Of a stretch of 64,000 nt of DNA, positions 1 through 11,385 are shown one piece after another. Below the pieces are notes generated by a model that worked only from the letters and a program-made list of their open reading frames with translations, was not told the DNA's origin and searched no databases. A program made the position numbers and the translations under genes. The DNA is from Eledone cirrhosa (lineage: Eukaryota): the NCBI GenBank assembly GCA_964016885.1, contig OZ024744.1, forward strand, positions 15,562,001-15,626,000, read 5' to 3'. Position 1 is the stretch's first letter. Each line of letters opens with the position of its first letter.

Positions 1-2710
1 CACGTCCGTTTTAGGCTTTCAAACACCGAATCGTGGACTTATTGCCACTTTTTGCCTCTGCCACTCGGGCCCAGCTAACAGCTTTCGCTCCCTCGTTTCC
101 TAGAGCACGTGATTTACTTCTGACCACGCAGCCTTCATGTTTCGCATCGAAGAACTGGTCCAGTGTCGTTCTCGACACTAAGACTCTAAACGCATTGTCA
201 CTCCTAAACACCTCCTCTACCTTGTCTACTAGTTCCGTTTCTGTTTTGTATCTCTCTAAGGCTAACTCTCTGCTAAAGTCTATCGACTCTACTCTAATTG
301 CTTTCTTGAGGGAGTTCCACCATCTGTTGTTGATGATGGCTCCCGTCAATTGTTGCTTGACTAATCTACTTATCTGTTCACTGTAGGCTTTACGTGTCGG
401 TAGCGACACGTTCAGCTTCTAGTATCCGGGTCCTTCTCTATGTATTCTAACATCGTTGACTATGCAGATGACTAGTTTGTGGTCTGAATAGGCAACCATG
501 TGCATTTGTGAACAGCTTAACATCTTGTCTCTCTCTCTAATAAAGAACCTGTCGAAATACGATCTAGATGTCCCGCTGCGGTTTGTCCACGTCCACTGTG
601 GTGCAGTTGGGAAATCTAGTCGATACATATCGGCCAGTTGGAATTGGCCGATTAAATTTTTGAGACTGTTGCACCCCCTCTACTGGGACATGATCTTACA
701 TAGTCCCATCGTGCATCTAGGATACCATTCCAGTCCCCCACTAAAAGCAAGGAGTGAGACGTTCCCAGAAAAGACTCTAGATGCTTAAAGAAGTCTGGCC
801 GTGATTACGATTGCCCAGTTGGGGCATAAACAGCCACCAGTCTGAAGGCTCCACCTCCAACACTGTTCACATCTAGGACTACCAGTCTACCCTCCGGGTC
901 CAAGTGTACTTGCTATACTTCGACGTTCAGCTTTTTCCGAAACATGACAGCCACTCCACCTGCACCTCCTGGCTGACAGAGAGATGCGTAGATCTCAAAG
1001 TCATTGAAGATGGGGGTTAGTTGCTGCCTGTTGTGGATCCTGGACTCGGTGATGGCTATCACACCCATACCGTGTGACCTAAGGTCATTTAAAAGTTGGC
1101 CCTGTTTCCAGGGCATCCCTAGACCACGCACATTCATGCTTCCAACTCATAAATTAGCCATGTTGGTGGAGAAGAGTTGGCGAAAAAGGATGAAAAGATG
1201 CACTTACCTTTTCATTTCCTGGAGATCGGGTTGTTCAATCTCCATTTGGGTGCTGGTGGGGGTGTTGAGTGGGGTGGGGAAACATTTTAACAGGACGCGG
1301 TTAATGGGCTTTTGACTGGGGTTGCCAACATCCTGCGAAAATTGTTCTTTTAAATTCCGATAGGTTTCTATCGAAACCCTTATCAGTTTTAGGTGTAGTG
1401 AGAGTCTGCCTTGACAAAAGTTTTCCCCTCAGTTTCTACTTTGGGGTCTTGGGAGATGACCTCTATTAGGGTTTTGATGTTTGTGTTAATGTATGTATAT
1501 TGTTGTTTGTTTTTTTGTTGTTTTGGTTTGTTCATTTTGTAGTTTTCTTTTTATGGTGGGCATTTGTGTTTGGGGTGATGTTGGTGTTTATTTTGCTGGT
1601 AGGGGGGGGGGGATTGTGGTGGTGTTTGTGTTGGTGGTTGGTGATTGTTTTTGTGGCTTTGCGGTGTCTCTTTTTTGTTTTTTTTGATTTCCGATGCTCT
1701 CCTTCATCTTCACTTGAGGATGGAGAAGTAGCCTCGTCTGATGATGAACTGGCATCAGGAGCGTGCAGTAGGGGTATGTTGTGTGGTGATGGTGTTTTTG
1801 TGTGTGTGTTTGTCATAGTATTGGATGGGGTGAGACTGTGTTCTTCGGGGGAGTTGTCTGTGTTTTTTCTGTTGTTGTTGGTTGAGTGGCTGTTTGTTTT
1901 GGTGTGTTTGCTTGTTTTGTGTGTTGTTGTTGTTGTGGTTTTGGAGTTGGTGTTAGTAAAAGTACTTTTTGGGCGGTGGTGGTTTTTGTTCGTAAGAGGG
2001 GACAGGAGGCCTTTAAATGCGATGTGCTTGCACATTTAAAACAATGTGGCCTCCTTCCATCTGCCGAAATCTGTATATAGTTTGTATTGTCTACTGGCAC
2101 TCTTTCTGGTATCTTGGAAATTCTGTCCGGTTTCATTTGGACCAAAATTTCCAAGTTTGTGCCATTCCAGGTGTTTCTTGTGGATTTTTGAATCGACAGT
2201 ATTGTGTCTTCATCCTCCCCCAAGAACCCTGCCACAATCCACCAGATGTTATTGTTGGGTGGTATATTGGTAATGTTTATTCTTTGTGTTCTTTTTCCCA
2301 TGTATGTAGGGAAAAAGGTGTGTGTGACAGAGGTGACCGGGGTCACTGAGTATTTTTTCGCAAGGGCCTCACTTTTGAAGAGCACTGAAATGCTTCCATA
2401 TAGTTTAGCCCTTTGTATGGATTGTATGTCTGGCATTGCCTCTTTCAAGACGATTTCAATTTCACCTTGAGTAAGGAAAGCCGTTTGTTCCAAATCGTGC
2501 GAAAAATCACAGTCCTTCGCATTGTGTCAGTTTTGATTTGTGGCAGAAAGGTTATTTTAAATCCCCCTTTTTCCTCGAAGGTAATATAATTTTTTCCTTC
2601 ATTGATCATTTCCTTCGCATTGGAAATATTAATATTTGTAAAAGTTCCTTTGCTTATTGTAGCAAATGATTTTTATGGTTGCTGTTGTTGTTGTCATTGT
2701 TGTTGTTGTT
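1..2710 (-). mobile_element. L1/Tx1-type non-LTR retrotransposon, 5' part (ORF1 plus APE start of ORF2), degenerate
   Basis: ORF1 carries a CCHC knuckle CFKCASTSHLKASC (ORF 1813-2493). ORF2 fragments carry APE motifs NVRGL, AITESR, WTW..SYFDRF and SDHKLV. Frameshifts and stops are present. Confidence 0.88.
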
Positions 2711-2746
2711 CTCAATTGCTTGATAACTAGATATGTGTATATGAAC

Positions 2747-3810
2747 TAAAAAGTACCCAGTCCACACTGTAAAGTGGTCATGTAGGTGTCACAACAAAAA
2801 GTACCCAGTCCACACTGTAAAGTGGTCATGACAAAAAGTACCCAGTCCACACTGTAAAGTGGTCATGACAAAAAGTACCCAGGTGTCGTGGTGTCATGAC
2901 AAAAAGTGTAGGTGTCATGACAAAAAGTACCCAGTCCACACTGTAAAGTGGTCATGTAGGTGTCGCAACAAAAAGTACCCAGTCCACACTGTAAAGTGTA
3001 GGTGTCATGACAAAAAGTACCCAGTCCACACTGTAAAGTGTAGGTGTCATGACAAAAAGTACCCAGTCCACACTGTAAAGTGGTCATGTAGGTGTCACAA
3101 CAAAAAGTACCCAGTCCACACTGTAAAGTGGTCATGTAAAGTGGTCATGTAGGTGTCATGACAAAAAGTACCCAGTCCACACTGAAAAGTGTAGGTGTCA
3201 TGACAAAAAGTACCCAGTCCACACTGTAAAGTGGTCATGTAGGTGTCACAACAAAAAGTACCCAGTTCACACTGTAAAGTGGTCATGTAAAGTGGTCATG
3301 TAGGTGTCACAACAAAAAGTACCCAGTCCACACTGTAAAGTGGTCATGTAGGTGTCACAACAAAAAGTACCCAGTCCACACTGTAAAGTGGTCATGTAGG
3401 TGTCACAACAAAAAGTACTCAGTCCACACTGTAAAGTGGTCATGTAGGTGTCACTACAAAAAGTACCCAGTACACACTGTAAAGTTGTCATGTAGGTGTC
3501 ACAACAAAAAGTACCCAGTCCACACTGTAAAGTGGTCATGTAGGTGTCATGACAAAAAGTACCCAGTCCACACTGTAAAGTGGTCATGAAGGTGTCACAA
3601 CACCCAGTCCACACTGTAAAGTGGTCATGTAGGTGTCACAACAAAAAGTACACTGTCCACACTGTAAAGTGGTCATGTAGGTGTCATGACAAAAATACCC
3701 AGTCCACACTGTAAAGTGGTCATGTAGGTGTCACAACAAAAGTACCCAGTACACACTGTAAAGTGGTCATGTAGGTGTCATGACAAAAAGTACCCAGCCC
3801 ACACTGTAAA
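2747..3810 (+). repeat. 48-bp minisatellite (AAAAAGTACCCAGTCCACACTGTAAAGTGGTCATGTAGGTGTCACAAC)n, roughly two dozen units
   Basis: Directly visible. It gives the 16-aa periodic ORFs (MTTLQCGLGTFCCDTY) and runs into an RTE-type 3' tail at 3811-3975. Confidence 0.95.
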
Positions 3811-4125
3811 TGTGGTTGACATTAGGAAGGGCATCCAACTGTAGAAACCTAGCCAGAAACAGTCCTATATGAGTAAGACATTGTCACCTGACCCAACTTA
3901 CCTCAAATGGGACAAACCTGACTAACCAATGCTAGTGTGGAAAATGGATGTTAAACTATGATGATAATGATGATGAAATGACTTCTACATGACTAGAACT
4001 GTTTCATTACATGATTTTATACTAATGAAACAGTTCTAGACATGTAGATGTCATTGGTATATAAAATAAATATGGTTCTTTTCTATTAACGTATTGAGTA
4101 CCTCATATATATATATATATACACG

Positions 4126-4156
<31 letters not shown>

Positions 4157-4335
4157 CATCATCATCATCCGGTGGCCTCAGTCGAAATCGACTCAACAAT
4201 TGATCTCTACGTGGCTCTATCGTTCATTGCTGCAGCCAATTCTTGGATTTCAATACCAGAATCTCTGGAGATGACATCGGGGTAGGAGAGTTTGTGTCCC
4301 CTCTTATTAGTGACTGCTTGTGGTTTCCAAAGCAT
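4157..4335 (-). mobile_element. RTE/BovB-like LINE 3' end fragment
   Basis: The minus strand ends GAGTCGATTTCGACTGAGGCCACCG(GAT)n, resembling the RTE/BovB 3' stem-loop and a tandem tail. Confidence 0.55.
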
Positions 4336-4390
4336 ACATATGTAGAGAGAGATATCCATTAGCCTATGTATACATAAATAATGTCCTCAC

Positions 4391-4499
4391 CAGTCACCAC
4401 CCAGACAGCTTCCTCAATCTGGTCCTCATTGTTGGTGATGTCATAGACAATGACATCAAATTCCATTATTTGTTTATATAACTCCTCTTTTGAGCTATT
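4391..4499 (-). CDS. AK7: Adenylate kinase 7, coding exon 3 (NSSKEELYKQIMEFDVIVYDITNNEDQIEEAVWVVT)
   Basis: Acceptor tttattttgcag, 109 nt, donor G|gtgagg. Resembles AK7 [34 protein letters not shown] and is in frame with exon 2. Later exons must lie left of the window. Confidence 0.88.
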
Positions 4500-4584
4500 C
4501 TGCAAAATAAATACATCAGTGGATTAATTAATCAATAAACATAGGTGCAGCCATGGCTGTGTGGTTAAAAGGTTCACTTGAAAG

Positions 4585-4868
4585 GATGATGATGATGATG
4601 GTGATGGTGGAGATGGTAATAATGATGATGGTGGTGTGGTGGTGGCAGTGGTGATGATGATGATGATGGTTGTGATGGTAGTGATGATGATGATGATGAC
4701 GATGATGATGATGATATGGTGGTGATAGTGATGATGATGATGGTGATGATGATGATATGGTGGTGATAGTGATGATGATGATGATGATGAGTGTGATGGT
4801 GATGATGGTGGTGGTACTGATGATGACGATGATGGTGGTGGTGATGAGGATGATGATGATGATGATAT
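4585..4868. repeat. (GAT/GGT)n degenerate trinucleotide microsatellite
   Basis: Directly visible. It is the source of the poly-His/Ser ORFs. Confidence 0.95.
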
Positions 4869-5084
4869 AATAATTTCATACATGCCATAAATAAATTGCT
4901 TAAAATATTTACCACATAGCAGCAATATGGAAATATCCAAAGCAGTGGAGAGAGTCCTGTGGTGTCATGATTTCTCACATGATTTGGCATGAGTGAGTTC
5001 AGACTGTGTAGGGGAGAATGCAGGCTAATTAATTTTCTTAGTGTGGTCATAGCAGGAAGTGTCAAAAGCTAGGTTTGTCAGCTT

Positions 5085-5460
5085 ACCAAAATTTAAGTTC
5101 TTCTTTGCCCACTTATCATGAGAGGGTCATGGGGGCAGAGTCCTCAAACACTCCTTCCAGTGGGTCCTGTCAGAAGCAATCTAACCATCTTGCTCAGGGT
5201 CTACCCCTGCCAGTTGGTTTTGCCCATAAAATTGTCCAGAGATTCTTTCCTGAGACATTCTTACCATATGCCCACAGTATCAGAGCTGTGATCTCTCAAT
5301 TCAGAGAAGCAGCAGCTCTACCTGGAGTAACTCTCTTATTTCCAAACTACGCACTCTATCAAGTAATATTACTCCAAAGACCCTTTGGAAGAACCCCCAT
5401 TTCGGCTTTTTGTATTCGCAAGTGTATTCTTTCGGTCATCACCCAAGATTCATGAGCATA
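5085..5460 (-). mobile_element. RTE LINE 3' fragment (second RTE family)
   Basis: Minus frame YAHESWVMTERIHLRIQKAEMG is an RTE C-terminal motif. Its 3' end is shared with 47245-47460. Confidence 0.75.
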
Positions 5461-5461
5461 C

Positions 5462-6420
5462 AAGTCGTGCCATCCACCTCTTACAAAACGCAACATCCCA
5501 TACTGCCTAGCCAGAAGAATTTGTACCATTGTAGAAGATACGAATACCAGGAACAAACGCCTAACAGAACTGAGAGAATTTTTGCTCAAACAAAAATACC
5601 CATCTCTACTTATAGAAAATGGCATACAGCGGGCTACAAAAATACCTATACAACAACTTAGGACAACCCAAGGAAGAAGAAACCAATGACACACAACCCA
5701 TGTCACCAGAATCTCTTCAACACTGCCAAAGCAAACCTACCGATCATTGCTCAAGGTAATGAATTAAAAGGTTTAATAACAGACCGATCTTTGACTCTTA
5801 GTAAAAGACAGCCGAAAAATTTGAAGCAATTACTAACAGAGGCAAAGTTTGACCTTAACAACAAAGACCAATCATTCACTGTATCTAAATTCAATGATAG
5901 TCGATGGAAATGCACTATTGGAACGTTCACGGGTGCACCGACAGCAAATCAGAGACCCAAATGTCCGTCAGATACCCCTGAGTAACCATCTAGCAACATG
6001 TGGTCAGAAAATATTTATAATATTTCCATTCTACAAATTACACAGCCCAAGTGAAATCAAGAGAAAAATCAAAGAAAAGAATTTTATTGATAAATTCCAA
6101 CCCAAGCTAAATGAACAATAATAATGCTTAGGAGTATTCTACCACCACTAAAAACAACAACAACAATAATACTGAAGACTTTTTATAAAAACCCTAGAAA
6201 ATGCTATTTTCATCATTTCTAAAAATAGCAAAACAATTGATGCTTTGGATAGAGTCAAATAGAAGTCGCTAGACATGCTCAACTAACCGTGACGCCTAAA
6301 CAAATCAGCTTTAGTAATCCAGTGAAACTTCACACCGATTGGTCAAAATACAGTTTGCAAAACTTAGCATTCTGTAGCCACTTTTCACTGTATATAAGGC
6401 ACAACATTTAGCCATCTTCC
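5462..6420 (+). mobile_element. Penelope-like element 3' part, internally deleted
   Basis: KSCHPPLTKRNIPYCLARRI thumb motif. Near-identical to 35770-36910 but lacking about 170 bp covering the GIY-YIG N-terminus. Confidence 0.88.
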
Positions 6421-6546
6421 ATTCTAGCATGAGTTAGAAGTATACATATATATGTTAAGTATTTCCGTAGAAAAGGTAAAGGAAATAAGACTGCTCTATG
6501 TATAGTACAGAGCTATTTAATTACATAATAAACAACACAATATAAT

Positions 6547-6620
6547 TATTCCATTACCAAAGGTTTCAGGAAACTAGACGATCCTTACAGAAACGTCCAG
6601 CTTGTTCATCAGATGAAATA
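6547..6620 (-). ncRNA. Type I hammerhead ribozyme motif
   Basis: Minus strand reads TATTTCAT-CTGATGA-stemII(AGCTGGACG...CGTCTAGTT)-GAAA-CC TTT GG-TA^-ATGGAATA. All core nucleotides are present, stem I has 8 bp, and the base of stem II is imperfect. Confidence 0.7.
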
Positions 6621-6951
6621 GTTGTTTTGGATATAAGTTTTGAAATGAATATCTATGTGCCCTCTATAAGACACATCAAACTCTCCTTCTTTCTAATGAT
6701 ATATTTAACACACATATATACTTTCACTAACTGATAACACTTTCATATGATTTCTATCCAATCTTATTTCATCCCCAATTATAGCACTGAGAACTCCTCT
6801 CTACAAATATACTTAACATATTCACAGATATGTATGAATATTTTTGATATGTATGTTTTGTATACATATATGCTTATTAAATATGTGTATATATATATAT
6901 ATATACACACATATTTAATAAGCATATATGTATACAAAACATATATATAAA

Positions 6952-7003
<52 letters not shown>

Positions 7004-7091
7004 TACCCATATATGGGTATGTGTATATTTATCGTATATATATGCATATATGGCCAATTTTACATATATGTATTTCATATAGATGTGTGTC

Positions 7092-7425
7092 ATTCATCAT
7101 TTCATTTTACATCCACTTTTCCCTGCTTGCAAGGGCGGGACGGGAACTGATTCTGGCTTGATTTCTACAGCTGGATGCCCTTCCTAACACCAACCTCATT
7201 TACAGTGAGTGCTGGGTGCTTTTTTGTCGTGGCACCTCCACCACTTTGCAGTGGAATGATAGGAACCCCAGTCCCTATCATCTCATTTCTACAGCTGAGT
7301 AAACTGGAGCAATGTGAAATAAAGTGTCTTGCTCAAGGAAATAACACATCACCCGGTCTGAGAATTGAACTCACAACCTTTCAATTGCAAGGCCAATGCT
7401 CTAACCACTAAGCCATGTGCCTCCA
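7092..7425 (-). mobile_element. tRNA-derived SINE with RTE-derived 3' tail
   Basis: A box TGGCTTAGTGG, B box GAGTTCAATTC, central CCTTGAGCAAGACACTT, and tail AGGAAGGGCATCCAGCTGTAGAAA...(ATG)n shared with local RTEs. Near-identical copy at 12196-12536. Confidence 0.85.
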
Positions 7426-7455
7426 TGTGTGCGCGTATATGTGTGTGTGTGTGTG

Positions 7456-7490
<35 letters not shown>

Positions 7491-7522
7491 GTATGAGTAT
7501 GTGTATATTTATATGTATGTGT

Positions 7523-8012
7523 CATCATCATCATCATCATCATCATTGTCAATTAACACTAGCATGGGAGAAACAGAAATAACTTAATGTTTCGGACGCT
7601 AGTCCTTCATCCCGAGAACAATAGAGGGCGGGTCTTTGTAAAACTGCAGGGCGCCAGAGGTCGCAGTCCTGAGTCATTGCCTTTGAGAGGTGTAATCGTG
7701 CAAGGTCAGCTTTTATTACCTCATCCCATGCCTTCCTAGGTCTGCGTACACCACAGTTTCCATCGACTTTGAGCACTCTGCACCTTATTATACAGCTGTC
7801 ATCACATGTCCATACCAACACAATCTCCTCTCCTGCATGCAACAACTGATCCGTCTAAAGCCTAATTTCTTACGCAGTGTATTTATACTTTGCTATTCAC
7901 ATATATTGCTATTGAACATCCAGCGAAGCTTGGAAGCTTCATTTCTTTCCAATCTTCACAGGTCCTCAGCACACAGTGCCCAGGTCTTGCTGCAGTGTAA
8001 CATTGTTCATTC
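7523..8012 (-). mobile_element. RTE LINE 3' fragment
   Basis: RCRVLKVDG..RPRKAWDEVIKADL motif and (ATG)n tail at about 7523-7546. Confidence 0.85.
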
Positions 8013-10313
8013 AATGTAGAAGAGTACTGGGAGTTCCTAAAAAATAACTTACTAAAGGTGACGGATGAGATCTGTGGTTGGAGCAAGTCCACAGGGAGGA
8101 GGAGAGTGACTTGGTGGTGGAACAATAAGGTAGATGAGGCAGGCATGGAAAGAATGGAAGAACGGGGGAAGCATGGTACATTACATAGAGACCAAGAGGG
8201 AAGCTAGGTGACAAGTATACTTAACTAGAAGGGAAGCAGAGGATAGAAAATGCAAGCATGTTTTGCAACGTGAGGACCAGAAACAGGAGGTGTTCAAGAT
8301 TGCGAGGCAGTGTGTCAGAGAGAATTGTGATGTCATTGGAGAGAAGTGTATCCGGAATGATAAAGGTGAGCTTGCCCTCACAAGTGCTGAGAAGAGAGAT
8401 GCATGGAAGAGCCATTATGATAGATTACTAAATGAGGAGAATGCATGGGAAAAAGAAACCCTACCCCAAGTGGACCCTATAGAGGGGCCAGCAGTACAAG
8501 TCAGCAGCAGCGTAGTAAGTAAGGCAATCAAAGATATGAAGACAGGGAAAGCAACTGGTCCATCAGGTATAGCTGCCGAGATGCTGAAGGCATCTGGGTT
8601 GGTATGTCACACTATAACCACACGTATTGTTAACCAGGTAATATTAGGTGTCATACCAAAAGATTGGTGCAGTAGCATCATTGTCAACTGCTACAAAGGT
8701 AAAGGTGATGCACTAGATAGAGGAAACTATAGAGGTATAAAGCTGATGGACCAGGTCATGAAAGTAACAGAAAGAGTTATAGCACAGTTGATTAGGGACC
8801 GGGTGAAACTAGATGAGATGCAATTTGGCTTTGTACCAGGAAAAGGTACCACTGATGCCCTCTTCCTTGTGAAGCAGTTACAGGAAAAGTACCTAGCTAA
8901 AAGTAAGCCACTCTAGCTGGCATTCGTCGATCTGGAAAAAGCCTTCGACAGAGTCCCCTGTGCTATAATCTGGTGGGCTCTTAGAAAACTAGGAGTAAAT
9001 GAGTGGCTTGTGAAACCTGTACAAGCCATGTATAGAGGAGCAGTCAGCAAAGTTAGAGTTAGCAATGAATAGAGCGAGGAATTTAGCATACAGGTCAGTG
9101 TCCACCAGGGCTCTGTTCTTAGCCCTCTCCTGTTCATCATAGTCCTGCAGGCAATAACACAGGAGTTTAAGACCGGATGCCCATGGGAACTCTTGTATGC
9201 AGAGATCTCGCTATTATAGCTGAATCCATGGTGGAACTAGAGAATAAATTCCAAACATGGAAGCAGGGTTTAGAAAGAAGGGGCCTCAGAGTCAACCTGA
9301 CAAAGACTAAGGTCCTTGAAAGTAGACGAGAAAACAGAACCCAGATTCCCAAAGAGAAATGGCCTTGCTCAGTGTATAGGAAAGGTGTAGGTAGGAACTC
9401 CATCCTCTTCCCCAAATGCAAACAATGGGTACACAAGAGATGTAGTGGGATCTCAGGAAGTTTAACTAAGAATGTAGGCTTCACATGTAGCAGCTCCTAG
9501 GTGACCAAATTAACAGCGTAGGTGGGTGTTCGGAAAGTACAATAACTAGGGTAAGAACGGAATGGAAGAAGTTCAGGGAGCTACTGCCACTGCTAGCTGC
9601 AAAAGGCTTTTCCCTCAAAATGAAAGGCAGACTCTATGATGCACGTATACAAACAACAATGCAACATGGTAGTGAGACTTGGGCGCTGTCTGTGGAAAAC
9701 TTGTGCAGATTAGAAAGAAACGAAGCCTGCATGCTCTGATGGATGTGTAATAGTAATATACGCAAACGACAAAGCATAAACGAACTAAGAGAGAGACTGA
9801 GCATAAGAGGAATCAAATGCTGTGTGCAGGAGAGGAGGTTACGTTGATATGGACATGTGATGTGTATGAAGGGTGATAGCTGCATAAAAAGGTGCAGAGC
9901 ACTAGAAGTCGATGGAAGCCCCGGAGTGGAGAGACCCAAGAAGACCTGGGATGAGGTGATAAAGACCGACCTTATCCAATTGCACCTCTCAAGGGTAATG
10001 ACACACGACTGTGACCTCTGGCGTCACACAGTAATACAAACGACCCTAACCCCCCACAGGAACAAGCTGAATCATATAGACAATATGCCCCCCACCCCAC
10101 ACTGTAAAGTGGACGTGTAGGCGCCACGGAAAAAAAACACCCAGCACTCACTGTAAATGAGTTAGGAAGGGCATCCAGCTGTAGAAATCAAGCCAAAATC
10201 CTGTATGAGCAAGATAAGGTCATCCGACTGGACACTGCTCACAACAGGGCAACCCATCTAACCTATGCTAGCGTGGAAGAACGGACATAAAACGGTGATG
10301 ATGATGATGATGA
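8013..10313 (+). mobile_element. RTE LINE, 5'-truncated (RT to 3' tail)
   Basis: YKGKGDALDRGNYRGIKL, QFGFVPGKGTTDA, FVDLEKAFDRVP, VHQGSVLSP and a Cys-rich insertion, ending in an (ATG)n tail. Several stops. Confidence 0.92.
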
Positions 10314-11385
10314 TACATGCATCATACAGTCTGCCTTTCATTTTGAGAGAAAAACCTTTTGTAGTTAGTAACGGTAGTAGCTCTCTGAATTTTCTCCAAC
10401 CTGATCTCACTAGGTTTACTGTGCTTTTGGAATACCCTCCCCCACTGATTTGGGGACCCAGGTAACAGAAACTATCTACCACTTCAACTGAGCCATCTAA
10501 ACATTTGAAGATGGTTGTATCCTTTGATTTCTTGCTACTTACTGCCCCTGTGCACCTGCCACAAGTAAAACCTACATTCTTTGTTAGCCTGCCTGAGATA
10601 CCACTACATCTCTTGTGTACCCATTGCTTGCATTTGTTACATAGAATGGAATTTCTACCTACTCCTTTTCTGCACACTGCGCAGGGCCATTTCCCAGAGG
10701 TGATCTGTGCCCAGTTATCCCTACTACTTACTAGGACTTTAGTCTTTGCCAGGATGATTTTAAGGCCTTTTGATTCCAGATTTGGAATTTCATCTCTAGT
10801 TCAGCTATAGATTTGGCTATAAGAGTTCGGTCATCAGCATGGGATGCCGGTCTTAAACTCCTCCATTATTGCCTGCAGACGTTGATAAACAGAAGAGGGC
10901 TAAGAACAGAGCCCTGATGGACACCAACCTGCACGCTAAATTCTTCATTATAGTCATGGTTAATTCTAACCTTACTGGCTGTTCTTCTATACATTGCTTG
11001 AACTGCACTCACGAGCCATTCGTCAACTTCTAGTTTCCTAAGAGCCCACCAGATAATGGAATGGGGGACTCTGTCAAAAGCTTTTTCAAGGTTGACAAAA
11101 GCCAGGTAGAGGGGCTTACTCTTAGCTAGATACTTCTGCAGTTGTCTTACAAGGAAGACAGCATCTGTAGCACTCTTACCTGGGGCAAATCCAAACTGCA
11201 TCTCATCTATGTTAACACGTTCTCTAATCATCTGAGTTAAGACTCATCCAGTGACCTTCATAAGCTGGTCAACCAGCTTAATGCCTCTATAGTTTTCTCT
11301 ATCAAGGGCATCTCTTTTGTCCTTGAGCAGTTTACGATGAGACTGCTACACCAGTCATTGGGTATGACACCATTCTGTATGACTT

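Noticed and set aside
4524-5065. Poly-His/Ser ORFs, and similarly the YI/CV/TH-repeat ORFs across the window
   Set aside because: Translations of (GAT)n, (TA)n and (CA)n microsatellites.
7583-7615. Hammerhead-like GATGA-AGGAC TAGC GTCC-GAAAC on the minus strand
   Set aside because: The core CUGA is replaced by GGGA and no stem I pairing exists. At most a broken relic.
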